Virus record (IMG/VR): IMGVR_UViG_3300025277_000067
Location: 1-33,972 of that record
DNA from: a virus
Lineage: Duplodnaviria; Caudoviricetes
Length of the DNA stretch: 33,972 nt
Direction: 5' to 3' (one strand)
The position numbers were made by a program, and so were the translations under genes. Of this stretch, positions 26,114 through 33,972 are shown piece after piece (positions within the stretch are counted from its first letter, which is position 1; each line of letters begins with the position of its first letter). The notes under the pieces were generated by a model. It saw only the letters and a list, made by a program, of their open reading frames with translations, was not told where the DNA came from and did not search any database.

Positions 26114-27625
26114 TTGTTGGAAATAGCGCAAAAATTACACAGCATTTTTCATGGCTCAGGTAGAGCGCACGGTAGTTTTATAGTGGAGAATACTTCACTA
26201 GGTCAGAAAGCACAAGGGAAAGCAAAAACAATCAAAACCATTGGTGCTAGTATCAAACACTGGCGAGACCACATAGACGGTAAAGAAGGTCTAGGGGTCA
26301 TTCCGATAGACGAAGAAAATGCGGTTAAGTGGGGAGCCATTGATATTGATGTCTATTCCCTTAACTTAGAGAAACTAGTTTTAAAGATAGAAGAATTTAA
26401 ATTACCTTTAGTTGTTTGTCGTAGTAAAAGCGGCGGTGCCCATGTCTTTTGTTTTCTAAAAGAAAAAGTACCTGCAGCAGACATGCAAGATAAACTAAGA
26501 GAAATTTCTGCGGGGTTAGGCTACGGTGGGGTGGAGATATTTCCTAAACAAAGAGAAATTTTAGTAGAGCGTGGCGACATCGGTAGTTGGTTAAACATGC
26601 CCTATTTCGAGGGAGATGAGTCATTACGCTACGGTTTTAATCCAAAAGGTAAGGCGCTCTCTTTAACAAACTTTATAGCTTTTGTTGAAGAACGCTGTAT
26701 AACTCATAAAGAGTTAATAGAATTAGAAATCCCAACGCTCGAAGACATGAAGGATGGACCGCCTTGCTTACAGGTTTTACTCAAGCAAGGGTTTCCTAAA
26801 GGTACAAGAAACAACGGTCTTTTTAATGTAGGGGTATTCCTTAAGAAATCTGACCCAGAAAATTGGCAAACCGAAATAGAAGAATACAATCGTAAGTATG
26901 TTTACCCTCCCTTACCCGCTCAAGAAGTTTTAACCTTAATCGGTACACTCAAGAAAAAAGAATACAACTATAAGTGTAGTGATGAACCAATCAAATCCTA
27001 CTGTAATATCTCTAGGTGTCGGGGGTGTAAGTTTGGTATTGGTGGGGGGAATGCAACCCCCACCTTTTCTAGTTTATCTAAGCTAGACACTAAACCCCCT
27101 CTCTGGTTTTTATCTATTAACGATAAACGATTGGAGTTAACCACCGAGCAATTACAAAACCAACTAAAGTTCCAACGGGCTTGTATGGAATTACTTAATA
27201 TGATGCCCCCAAAAATACAAGAGAGGGCTTGGCAATCTTTAATACAAAGCCTGATGGACAGTGGGATGGAGATTATTGAGGTAAGTGAAGACGTAACTAT
27301 AGAAGGCCAGTTTATGGAATTACTTGAGTCATTTTGCACAGACATGGCTCAAGCAAATACAAGAGATGAGATATTATTGGGCAAACCCTACACAGAAGAC
27401 GGTAAAACTTACTTTAGAATCAAAGACTTAAAAGATTATCTAGCTAAACATAGATTTACCGACATGCAGGTTAATCAGATAGCTTCTAAATTAAGAGACT
27501 TAAAAGCTGGGCACAAGTTTTTCAACATAAAGGGCAGGGGAACTAATGTCTGGTATATTGATGAGTTTAATTACTCTGATGAAGAAAAACTTGACACCCT
27601 TGATTTTGAAGGAAGCAATATTTAA
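26114..27625 (+). CDS. Archaeo-eukaryotic primase (prim-pol) with PriCT-like domain
   Basis: WGAIDID (DxD), RSKSGGAH, LNMPY and PPCL...GTRNNGLF motifs, followed by a Cys cluster. Start probably TTG 26114 or 26117 after AGGA, because the track start 26084 lies inside the hairpin. Confidence 0.8.
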   Translation: MLEIAQKLHSIFHGSGRAHGSFIVENTSLGQKAQGKAKTIKTIGASIKHWRDHIDGKEGLGVIPIDEENAVKWGAIDIDVYSLNLEKLVLKIEEFKLPLVVCRSKSGGAHVFCFLKEKVPAADMQDKLREISAGLGYGGVEIFPKQREILVERGDIGSWLNMPYFEGDESLRYGFNPKGKALSLTNFIAFVEERCITHKELIELEIPTLEDMKDGPPCLQVLLKQGFPKGTRNNGLFNVGVFLKKSDPENWQTEIEEYNRKYVYPPLPAQEVLTLIGTLKKKEYNYKCSDEPIKSYCNISRCRGCKFGIGGGNATPTFSSLSKLDTKPPLWFLSINDKRLELTTEQLQNQLKFQRACMELLNMMPPKIQERAWQSLIQSLMDSGMEIIEVSEDVTIEGQFMELLESFCTDMAQANTRDEILLGKPYTEDGKTYFRIKDLKDYLAKHRFTDMQVNQIASKLRDLKAGHKFFNIKGRGTNVWYIDEFNYSDEEKLDTLDFEGSNI

Positions 27626-29118
27626 TGTGGAACATTGTGCTTGGTCCACCTGGGACTGGTAAAACTACTTATTTATTAAACAAAGTAGAACAGTTTCTAG
27701 AATCAGGTATAAGGCCAGAAAAACTAGGTTATGTTGCTTTTACTAAGAAAGCAGCAAACGAAGCACTAACAAGAGCAATAGCAAAGTTTGGTCACGACCC
27801 TGAAAAACTTATTTATTTCAGGACGCTTCATTCCTTATGCTATTATTGGCTAGGGCTTAAAAGAAGTGACGTCTTAACTAGAGGTAATTTGAGAGACTTC
27901 AGTAAAACGATTGGGGAAAGAATTGGTAGTGCCTGGGATGGTGAGAATCTAATGTCTCTTAATACTAAAGGAGACACTATGTTATTCTTAGAAAATATGG
28001 CACGTAATCGGTGCGTAGGTTTTAGAGAACATTGGAATAATGCAGATTCAAATATATCGTGGTTACATTTTGACTGGTTTATCAATAACTATTCAAAGTT
28101 TAAACAGAATAACTTTTTAGTAGACTATACGGACATGTTAGAAATGTTTCTTGAGTCAAAAGGTTCCCCCCACTTAGATATATTAATAGTGGACGAGGCC
28201 CAAGATCTTTCTACTCTACAGTGGCGTTGTGTAGAAAAACTAGCTGAAAATGTAAAGGAAATTTATATCGCAGGAGATGACGATCAAGCAATTTACCGTT
28301 GGGCTGGTGCAGATGTAGAGCATTTTATAGACCTAAAGGGTAAAACCACCTACCTGAAGCAATCTTATCGCGTACCTAGGAAAGTACACGATGTAGCACT
28401 AGGGGTAGTCAAGCGTATAAGTAATAGAAAGGAAAAAGTTTGGGAACCTAAAACAGAAGAAGGTTCGGTTAATTACCACACTAATTTTGAGCATGTGGAT
28501 ATCACAAAAGGAGAGTGGTTATTTTTAGCAAGGAACAATTATCTATTAAACGCAGTAGAAGAATACTTAAAGATTAATGGTCGGGTGTATCAGAGGAGTA
28601 ATAAATCTTCTGTTTCTGAAAATTTAATTGCCTCCATTAAAGACTGGGAAAACTTACGCAAAGGGGCGTCCATCGAGGCTGCAAAGGTACGAAAAATATA
28701 TAGGTACATGAAGGCCGGGAAAGGGGTTAAAAGGGGCTATAAGACGCTTAAAACGGTCAGAGACGACCTTAATTTATCCCTTACCGAGTTAAAAGCGGAC
28801 CATGGGCTATTAGTTGATTGTATCTGGCATGAATGTTTTGATTTAATTGGTAATACTCAAAGGGAATATGTTATATCTTGCCTAAGACATGGAGAAAAAT
28901 TACTCTCTTCTAAAATACGGTTGAATACTATACACGCCTCAAAAGGAGGAGAGTGTGAGAACGTGGTTTTATTAACTGACCTAGCAAATAAAACATGGGA
29001 AGAACTCTACTATAATCCAAATAATGAATGTCGAGCGTTTTATGTTGGTATTACTCGAACTATAGATAATCTACACATAATACGGGGCAAAACTCGTAAA
29101 GAGTTTTTATTTATATGA
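27625..29118 (+). CDS. UvrD/Rep-like SF1 helicase
   Basis: GPPGTGKT, AFTKKAA, FRTLHS, VDEAQD, GDDDQAIY, QSYR, TIHASKGGE and YVGITR motifs. Confidence 0.93.
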   Translation: MWNIVLGPPGTGKTTYLLNKVEQFLESGIRPEKLGYVAFTKKAANEALTRAIAKFGHDPEKLIYFRTLHSLCYYWLGLKRSDVLTRGNLRDFSKTIGERIGSAWDGENLMSLNTKGDTMLFLENMARNRCVGFREHWNNADSNISWLHFDWFINNYSKFKQNNFLVDYTDMLEMFLESKGSPHLDILIVDEAQDLSTLQWRCVEKLAENVKEIYIAGDDDQAIYRWAGADVEHFIDLKGKTTYLKQSYRVPRKVHDVALGVVKRISNRKEKVWEPKTEEGSVNYHTNFEHVDITKGEWLFLARNNYLLNAVEEYLKINGRVYQRSNKSSVSENLIASIKDWENLRKGASIEAAKVRKIYRYMKAGKGVKRGYKTLKTVRDDLNLSLTELKADHGLLVDCIWHECFDLIGNTQREYVISCLRHGEKLLSSKIRLNTIHASKGGECENVVLLTDLANKTWEELYYNPNNECRAFYVGITRTIDNLHIIRGKTRKEFLFI

Positions 29119-29699
29119 TCAACTTTTTAAAGGGAAAATTAAAAGGGTACGACCCGGCCATAAAGAATTGGGACGAACCAACCACACGTGAGTTTAACGG
29201 TGAAAAGGTTGAAGGGCGACCAACAAAAGGGTACGGAACAAAAACCTTTGTTTACGCAGGAAAAACCTACAAACCTACAAAATGGACCCCTTCTATTTTA
29301 CAGGTAAAAATGGCCACTGAATCGCTAGTCTCTAAAGAATTAGATAGGATTGTCAGGTTTAATTTTTGTTTGTGTGGGCTTTATAAAACGGGGCAAATAA
29401 GTATCCCTCATCATTCAGACACAGTACCCACATTAGAAGATTTAGTAGTGGGAGTATCTTTTGGTGCTTCGAGAATATTGGAATGGAATCAATACTATTA
29501 TCAAATAAAAAGGGAAAGTAATACCAGCAAAATCAATATCCTCCATGAAGATAACTATCTAGGAACACAACAATATCTATTAGAAGATGGAGATGTATAC
29601 ATCTTTGATGGAAATTCTCAAATGACCAGTACTCATGCAATACCGATTATGGAAGATGTGGGGGAGAGAATTAGTCTCACATTCAGAACAGGATTGTGA
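29115..29699 (+). CDS. AlkB-like 2OG-Fe(II) dioxygenase
   Basis: HSD (HxD), VSFGASR, LEDGDVYIF, THAIP and ERISLTFR (RxxxxxR) motifs. Confidence 0.85.
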   Translation: MINFLKGKLKGYDPAIKNWDEPTTREFNGEKVEGRPTKGYGTKTFVYAGKTYKPTKWTPSILQVKMATESLVSKELDRIVRFNFCLCGLYKTGQISIPHHSDTVPTLEDLVVGVSFGASRILEWNQYYYQIKRESNTSKINILHEDNYLGTQQYLLEDGDVYIFDGNSQMTSTHAIPIMEDVGERISLTFRTGL

Positions 29700-29841
29700 G
29701 AAAATTTTTAGCAAGATTCCTATACTTCCATTTTACTTGTAAAGTAAAATAGAAAGGTAACTCCATTCAAATTAGATTCAAATATACGCTTGCTATTAGC
29801 TTTGTCCTCTATTTAATAAAAAGTAAAGGTGTACAACAACA

Positions 29842-30690
29842 ATGACTTCAGACATAGAAGCAGCGGAGCATCGTTTCTTTCGCTATATAAACGAAAGACA
29901 TAGGATTTATCTAAAACGTCAGGAGGGAGAACCTTTTCCATGGACTGAGGATAAGATACTTCAAACCTACAGTTTCTGTAATGTATTCAGGGAGTTAGAC
30001 AAGGTCACTATTTGGATACGAAAAAATTGGAGGGAACCCTACGCCGATCATCCAAATTTGCCTTTTGCCATGTCCATGGCTCGCCAAATAAATTGGCCAG
30101 ATACCCTAGAAGAAATAGGCTTCCCTTATTACTGGAACCCTGAAAGAACTAAAGAAATTATGCAAGCTAGAATGGACAGAGGAGAAAAAGTTTACACAGG
30201 AGCGTATATGTTAACCGGTACTTTAGGAGGGACTAAAGTACAACAAACTGTAGATAAAATTCTCACCCCTGTGTATCATAACCCTCCTGAAATAATACCG
30301 CACTCCCTTAAAGAAACTTGGAAAAATTATCTCCCCTATGCTGGTTTCAGCGGGTTTATGTCCTATGAAGTCGTTACCGATTTACGTCACACCCGACACC
30401 TAGAAAATGCTGAAGACATTATGACTTGGGCTAACGCTGGTCCAGGAGCAAAACGAGGGTTAAATAGAATACACGGTAGATCTCTTAAGCAAGCTATTAA
30501 AGAAGATCAACTTACCCAAGAAATGAAAAGTTTACTCACTAACTTTAACCAGAATATTCTATTCCTTCTCGATAAAGAACTGGAGATGAGAGAAATAGAG
30601 CATTGTCTTTGTGAATTTGATAAGTACGAAAGAGTTCGTTTAGGGGAAGGCAGACCTAGATCAAAATATAAATATGCAGGGGAAAAATAA
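29842..30690 (+). CDS. aGPT-Pplase clade 1-like helical protein (thymine hypermodification-associated, HhH-glycosylase-like fold)
   Basis: ERHRIY..R..G...PWT.D.IL..Y.FCNVFRE.D, F.SYEVVTDL, GPGA.RGL and IEH.LCEFDKY motifs. Confidence 0.8.
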   Translation: MTSDIEAAEHRFFRYINERHRIYLKRQEGEPFPWTEDKILQTYSFCNVFRELDKVTIWIRKNWREPYADHPNLPFAMSMARQINWPDTLEEIGFPYYWNPERTKEIMQARMDRGEKVYTGAYMLTGTLGGTKVQQTVDKILTPVYHNPPEIIPHSLKETWKNYLPYAGFSGFMSYEVVTDLRHTRHLENAEDIMTWANAGPGAKRGLNRIHGRSLKQAIKEDQLTQEMKSLLTNFNQNILFLLDKELEMREIEHCLCEFDKYERVRLGEGRPRSKYKYAGEK

Positions 30691-30999
30691 ATGCCGGCAG
30701 ACTTTACCCATATTCAGGAATTGGCAGACGGAGACGTAACTAAACTAAGAGAGGCAGAAAAAAGTTACGGGGACAGTTGGCGAATGCGAGGCGGGGTAGG
30801 GGCTATGATGATGCTAGCACGTAAGTGGGACAGAATAGAAAAGCAAGTCAAGGATACCGGCTATGATATTTTTCAGGCTATAGACATAGATCAATCTGAT
30901 TCTGGAATTTTAGATGATATCAGAGACTTAAGAAGATATTTATTGCTTGTAGAATCTTACACCGGTACACGTTGGAGTAATACTAGAGAGGAAAAGTAA
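30691..30999 (+). CDS. Nucleotide modification-associated (Nmad1/DUF1599, MazG-like all-alpha NTP pyrophosphatase) protein
   Basis: SYGDSW, RKWDRI and DDIRDL..Y pattern; context in the modification cluster. Confidence 0.65.
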   Translation: MPADFTHIQELADGDVTKLREAEKSYGDSWRMRGGVGAMMMLARKWDRIEKQVKDTGYDIFQAIDIDQSDSGILDDIRDLRRYLLLVESYTGTRWSNTREEK

Positions 31000-31001
31000 A
31001 A

Positions 31002-31178
31002 ATGTCAGTAGAAATAACAAAAGAAGATCAGGATAAATACAATATAGTTCTCGAAGCCATAAGGGAAAGCGGTGCAATGAATATGTTTGGTGCCCCACGA
31101 TGGCTTGAGGAAGAGTACGGTTTATCGCGTGTTGAAGCTAGACAAATCTTTAAGAATTGGACCGCCACATATGATTAG
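31002..31178 (+). CDS. Small hypothetical protein, 58 aa (not in the ORF track)
   Basis: MSVEITKEDQDKYNIVLEAIRESGAMNMFGAPRWLEEEYGLSRVEARQIFKNWTATYD; GAGG RBS upstream; fills the gap almost exactly. Confidence 0.75.
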   Translation: MSVEITKEDQDKYNIVLEAIRESGAMNMFGAPRWLEEEYGLSRVEARQIFKNWTATYD

Positions 31179-31190
31179 ACTGGAGAAAGT

Positions 31191-31973
31191 ATGAAAATAT
31201 ATATTCCCACAAGGGGAAGACCCTATAATCAGGAAACTTTAAGGTGGTTTCCTAAAGAAATGCAGAGAGACGGATCAGTTGTATTAGTAATAGATGAAGA
31301 TGAAAAAGATAAATACCACAACTACCCAGACACACCTAGAATGGTTGTACCTAGTGATTGCATAGGTATTGGTCCAAAACGTAAATATATAGTAGAAAAT
31401 GTAGAAGACCCTCGTATAGTTATGTTGGATGATGACTTACGGTTCTATATTCGTAAAAGTCCTATTGATTGGCACCTTCGATATCTTCAATCGAGCGAAT
31501 ATCCTGCTCTATTCGGCTTGCTAGATGAGTGGATGGATCAGGGTTATGCTCATGTTGGTATAAGCGCAAGAGAAGGTAACAACCATGTAAAAAACTTATC
31601 GGTAGAAAATACTCGGTATATGCGTGTGTTGGGATATAACCTAGAAGTATTCCCTGATAGTGTGGAGTGGGGAAGAACTAGAGTAATGGAAGACTTTGAC
31701 ATTGCCCTACAACTATTAAGAGAAGGTAAAGCAAATAAGGTAAGCTATTACTACGCTCAAGGGCAAAAATCATCAAACGCAGAAGGAGGCTGTAGTGAGT
31801 GGCGCACAATTGACGTCCACAATGAAGGGGCGCAAAGACTACACGACCTTCACCCTGATCATGTTAAACTTGTGGAAAAACAAACTAAAACTGCTTGGGG
31901 CGGTTTACCCCGTAAAGATGTGAGAATTAGTTGGAAAAAAGCATATAAGGACGGAATAAATGAAAGTTCTTAA
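31191..31973 (+). CDS. GT-A glycosyltransferase, TET/JBP-associated (TAGT/JGT/GREB1-like) type
   Basis: IYIPTRGR, GIG.KR.YI, MLDDD (DxD), EDFD..LQLL..G and N..GGC motifs; GGAG RBS. Confidence 0.8.
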   Translation: MKIYIPTRGRPYNQETLRWFPKEMQRDGSVVLVIDEDEKDKYHNYPDTPRMVVPSDCIGIGPKRKYIVENVEDPRIVMLDDDLRFYIRKSPIDWHLRYLQSSEYPALFGLLDEWMDQGYAHVGISAREGNNHVKNLSVENTRYMRVLGYNLEVFPDSVEWGRTRVMEDFDIALQLLREGKANKVSYYYAQGQKSSNAEGGCSEWRTIDVHNEGAQRLHDLHPDHVKLVEKQTKTAWGGLPRKDVRISWKKAYKDGINESS

Positions 31974-32970
31974 TGTAAGGAACGCACATGATGCTCTTTT
32001 ACGGGGTCTTGATTTTTTATATACAAATGGAGTAAAAGCAGAGAGCCGAAATGGAGTAGTTTTTCAGGCTCCTACGCCGGTAACTACCGTCTACAGTAAG
32101 CCGAAAGAGAGGGTTTTATTTTGGAAAGAGCGTAACGCAAACCCGTTCTTTCATTTTATGGAAGCCTTGTGGATGATAAAGGGAGGGTATGACCTCGAAT
32201 TTGTTTATCAATATAACAAAAGAATGAAAGAATTCAGCGATGACGGCCAAACCTTGCACGGTGCTTATGGTTGGAGATGGCGGTCTTGGTTTTTTCGTGA
32301 TCAAATACCAATCATAATTAAAAGACTAAAAGAGAATCCAGAAGATAGAAGATCTGTATTACAAATGTGGGATCCTGTTGAAGATTTAGATAGAGACGGT
32401 GCTGATGTCCCTTGTAATACTTGTGTCTATTTCAAGATAGACCTAGAGGGAAAATTACAAATGACTGTTTGTAATAGATCCAATGACATAATTTGGGGGG
32501 CTTACGGAGCAAACGTAGTGCATATGTCTATGCTACAGGAATATATGGCTACGGCTATTGGTGTATCTGTGGGTAAGTATTATCAAATCAGCGATAACTA
32601 TCATGCTTATAATGTGGTGTTTGAACCATTGCTTAATAAATTTATAGAACAAGACGCAATGGACTTTTTTACACAAAAAAGATTTCTTGCTTTAAACCCC
32701 TATACAGCAGAAATGGTAAAACCGTACCCTATAGTCAATACAGATATACAAATATGGGACTTGGATCTATTGGGATTCTTCGATAGAAAACCATTTGACC
32801 ATACTATATATGAAGACCCTTTCTTTACACACGTTGCCGCACCGATACAAAATTCTTGGTGGTTATATAAATCAGGGCAGATTGAAGAAGCAATGATTGA
32901 AATACAAGAATGTAAAGCAGATGATTGGCGTAAGGCTTGTTGGGAATGGTTGGGTAGAAAATCTAACTAA
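31960..32970 (+). CDS. Thymidylate-synthase-fold enzyme, probable dUMP hydroxymethylase
   Basis: SRNG, NPFFH..E.LW, YG.R, DQ......L...PEDRR, PCN (catalytic Cys), RSNDIIWGAYGAN and NYHAY motifs; RSND and PCN differ from canonical ThyA RSCD and PCH. Confidence 0.8.
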   Translation: MKVLNVRNAHDALLRGLDFLYTNGVKAESRNGVVFQAPTPVTTVYSKPKERVLFWKERNANPFFHFMEALWMIKGGYDLEFVYQYNKRMKEFSDDGQTLHGAYGWRWRSWFFRDQIPIIIKRLKENPEDRRSVLQMWDPVEDLDRDGADVPCNTCVYFKIDLEGKLQMTVCNRSNDIIWGAYGANVVHMSMLQEYMATAIGVSVGKYYQISDNYHAYNVVFEPLLNKFIEQDAMDFFTQKRFLALNPYTAEMVKPYPIVNTDIQIWDLDLLGFFDRKPFDHTIYEDPFFTHVAAPIQNSWWLYKSGQIEEAMIEIQECKADDWRKACWEWLGRKSN

Positions 32971-32980
32971 GGAAATATTT

Positions 32981-33661
32981 ATGATTAAACAATGGTCGTA
33001 CAGTAGATTAAGTTGTTTTGAAAAATGTCCTAAACAGGCTGAATTTAAATTTATTAAGAAAATAAAAGAGCCTCCTAGCCCAGCAATGGACAGAGGCAAA
33101 AATATCCACAAACTTTGCGAAGAATTTATACGGGGTCAAATAGAAGAAATCCCTGCACAATTACAGGATTTTGAAGACGCTTTTATCCTATTAAAAGAAA
33201 TGTATCTACACGGTCATGTAATATGCGAAAGTGATTGGGCTATCACTAAAGATTGGGAGAAAACAGGTTGGTTTGAAGATGATACATGGGGGAGAGCTAA
33301 AGTAGATGCCTTTGTATATGAAGAAGGCGTAAGTAAGGAAGCCCGCGTCATAGATTTTAAGACAGGTAGGTACGACGGTAATCAAGAAGTACATAGAGAA
33401 CAATGCGAGCTTTATGGAGCTATTGCTCTTAAACGCTACCCAGAATTAGAACAGATTACTACAGAGATGTGGTACTTAGACCACGGTAAGATAGACCGTT
33501 ATATCTACACCCCGGAAAGTATTAAAGCTAGACAAGAAAGAATTAATCTTAGAGCAATAGCGATGACTACTGCAGAAGAATTTCCGGCTAACCCGTCTAA
33601 GTTTAAATGTAAATGGTGTTATTTTGGCAAACAAAATATGTGCCGAGAAGCAGAAATTTAA
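32981..33661 (+). CDS. PD-(D/E)XK exonuclease (RecB/AddB/Cas4-like)
   Basis: WSYS.L..F..CP, RG..IH, KVD, IDFKTG, Q..LY and CKWC......C motifs; start ATG 32981 after AAGGA. Confidence 0.85.
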   Translation: MIKQWSYSRLSCFEKCPKQAEFKFIKKIKEPPSPAMDRGKNIHKLCEEFIRGQIEEIPAQLQDFEDAFILLKEMYLHGHVICESDWAITKDWEKTGWFEDDTWGRAKVDAFVYEEGVSKEARVIDFKTGRYDGNQEVHREQCELYGAIALKRYPELEQITTEMWYLDHGKIDRYIYTPESIKARQERINLRAIAMTTAEEFPANPSKFKCKWCYFGKQNMCREAEI

Positions 33662-33665
33662 AGAA

Positions 33666-33972
33666 ATGTCTCAAGATGTTTTTGAATTTATGCTCCCCGA
33701 AAAAAATTGGGAAGCCCCCTTCACTTTCCCCGATCTGACGGGTCAAAAAGAAATCGCTATCGACCTTGAGACTAAGGATCCTTGGCTCAAGACTCATGGT
33801 CCAGGCTGGGCATTTAAAGACAGAGGGGAAATTATAGGTGTCGCTATAGCAACCGAAGATTGGAAAGGCTATTACCCTATCGCTCACTATAATGGCGCTA
33901 ATTTAGATAAGGGCGTAGTTTTTAGATGGCTCCAAAAACAATTAGACGCACCTAACGATAAAATTTTCCATA
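33666..33972 (+). CDS. polA: Family A DNA polymerase, N-terminal 3'-5' exonuclease domain (3'-truncated, not in the ORF track)
   Basis: MSQDVFEF...FPDLTGQKEIAIDLETKDP...IIGVAIA...GYYPIAH...KIFH, containing ExoI DxE and the start of ExoII; open to the window end. Confidence 0.85.
   Translation, partial: MSQDVFEFMLPEKNWEAPFTFPDLTGQKEIAIDLETKDPWLKTHGPGWAFKDRGEIIGVAIATEDWKGYYPIAHYNGANLDKGVVFRWLQKQLDAPNDKIFH

Noticed and set aside
3529-33403. Other short antisense or alternate-frame ORFs in the track (e.g. 9033-9335, 16060-16392, 18819-19304, 26998-27345)
   Set aside because: They lie within well-supported genes and show no recognisable motif.
32981-33661. Cas4 as a sign of a CRISPR system
   Set aside because: No other cas genes or array; stand-alone Cas4/RecB-like nucleases are routine in phage replication modules.
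33603-33887. Minus-strand 94-aa ORF
   Set aside because: The + strand encodes the PolA exonuclease N-terminus from 33666.

Overview
A 34 kb piece of a tailed dsDNA phage genome, probably a podovirus-like phage of a Gram-negative host; a marine origin is inferred from gene content only. It is gene-dense, and I saw no tRNA, rRNA, CRISPR array, integrase or IS element. Positions 1-22.7 kb form a + strand late region. It starts with a 5'-truncated tail fibre with an intramolecular chaperone, a 2OG-Fe(II) oxygenase and a thermonuclease. Next is a ~6 kb cassette of overlapping genes: two paralogous small membrane proteins, CsgF, CsgG, curlin-like protein 1, a FecR-domain protein, curlin-like protein 2 and a CHASE2 class III adenylyl cyclase. 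This cassette runs directly into a holin-like gene and a lysozyme, followed by a tail nozzle protein and five probable internal virion/ejection proteins. A SNF2 helicase lies on the - strand. From 24.4 kb a + strand replication module encodes an SSB-like protein, an AEP primase, a UvrD-like helicase, a PD-(D/E)XK nuclease and the start of PolA. Inside it sits a probable thymidine hypermodification cluster: AlkB-like oxygenase, aGPT-Pplase1-like protein, Nmad1/MazG-like protein, a small ORF, a TET/JBP-associated-type glycosyltransferase and a dUMP-hydroxymethylase-like enzyme. The two best candidates for new biology are (1) a phage-encoded curli-pore/FecR/CHASE2-cyclase trans-envelope signalling system coupled to the lysis genes and (2) a pathway that may make glycosylated 5-hydroxymethyluracil (base J-like) in phage DNA. 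All family assignments come from motif recognition by eye; no searches were run.
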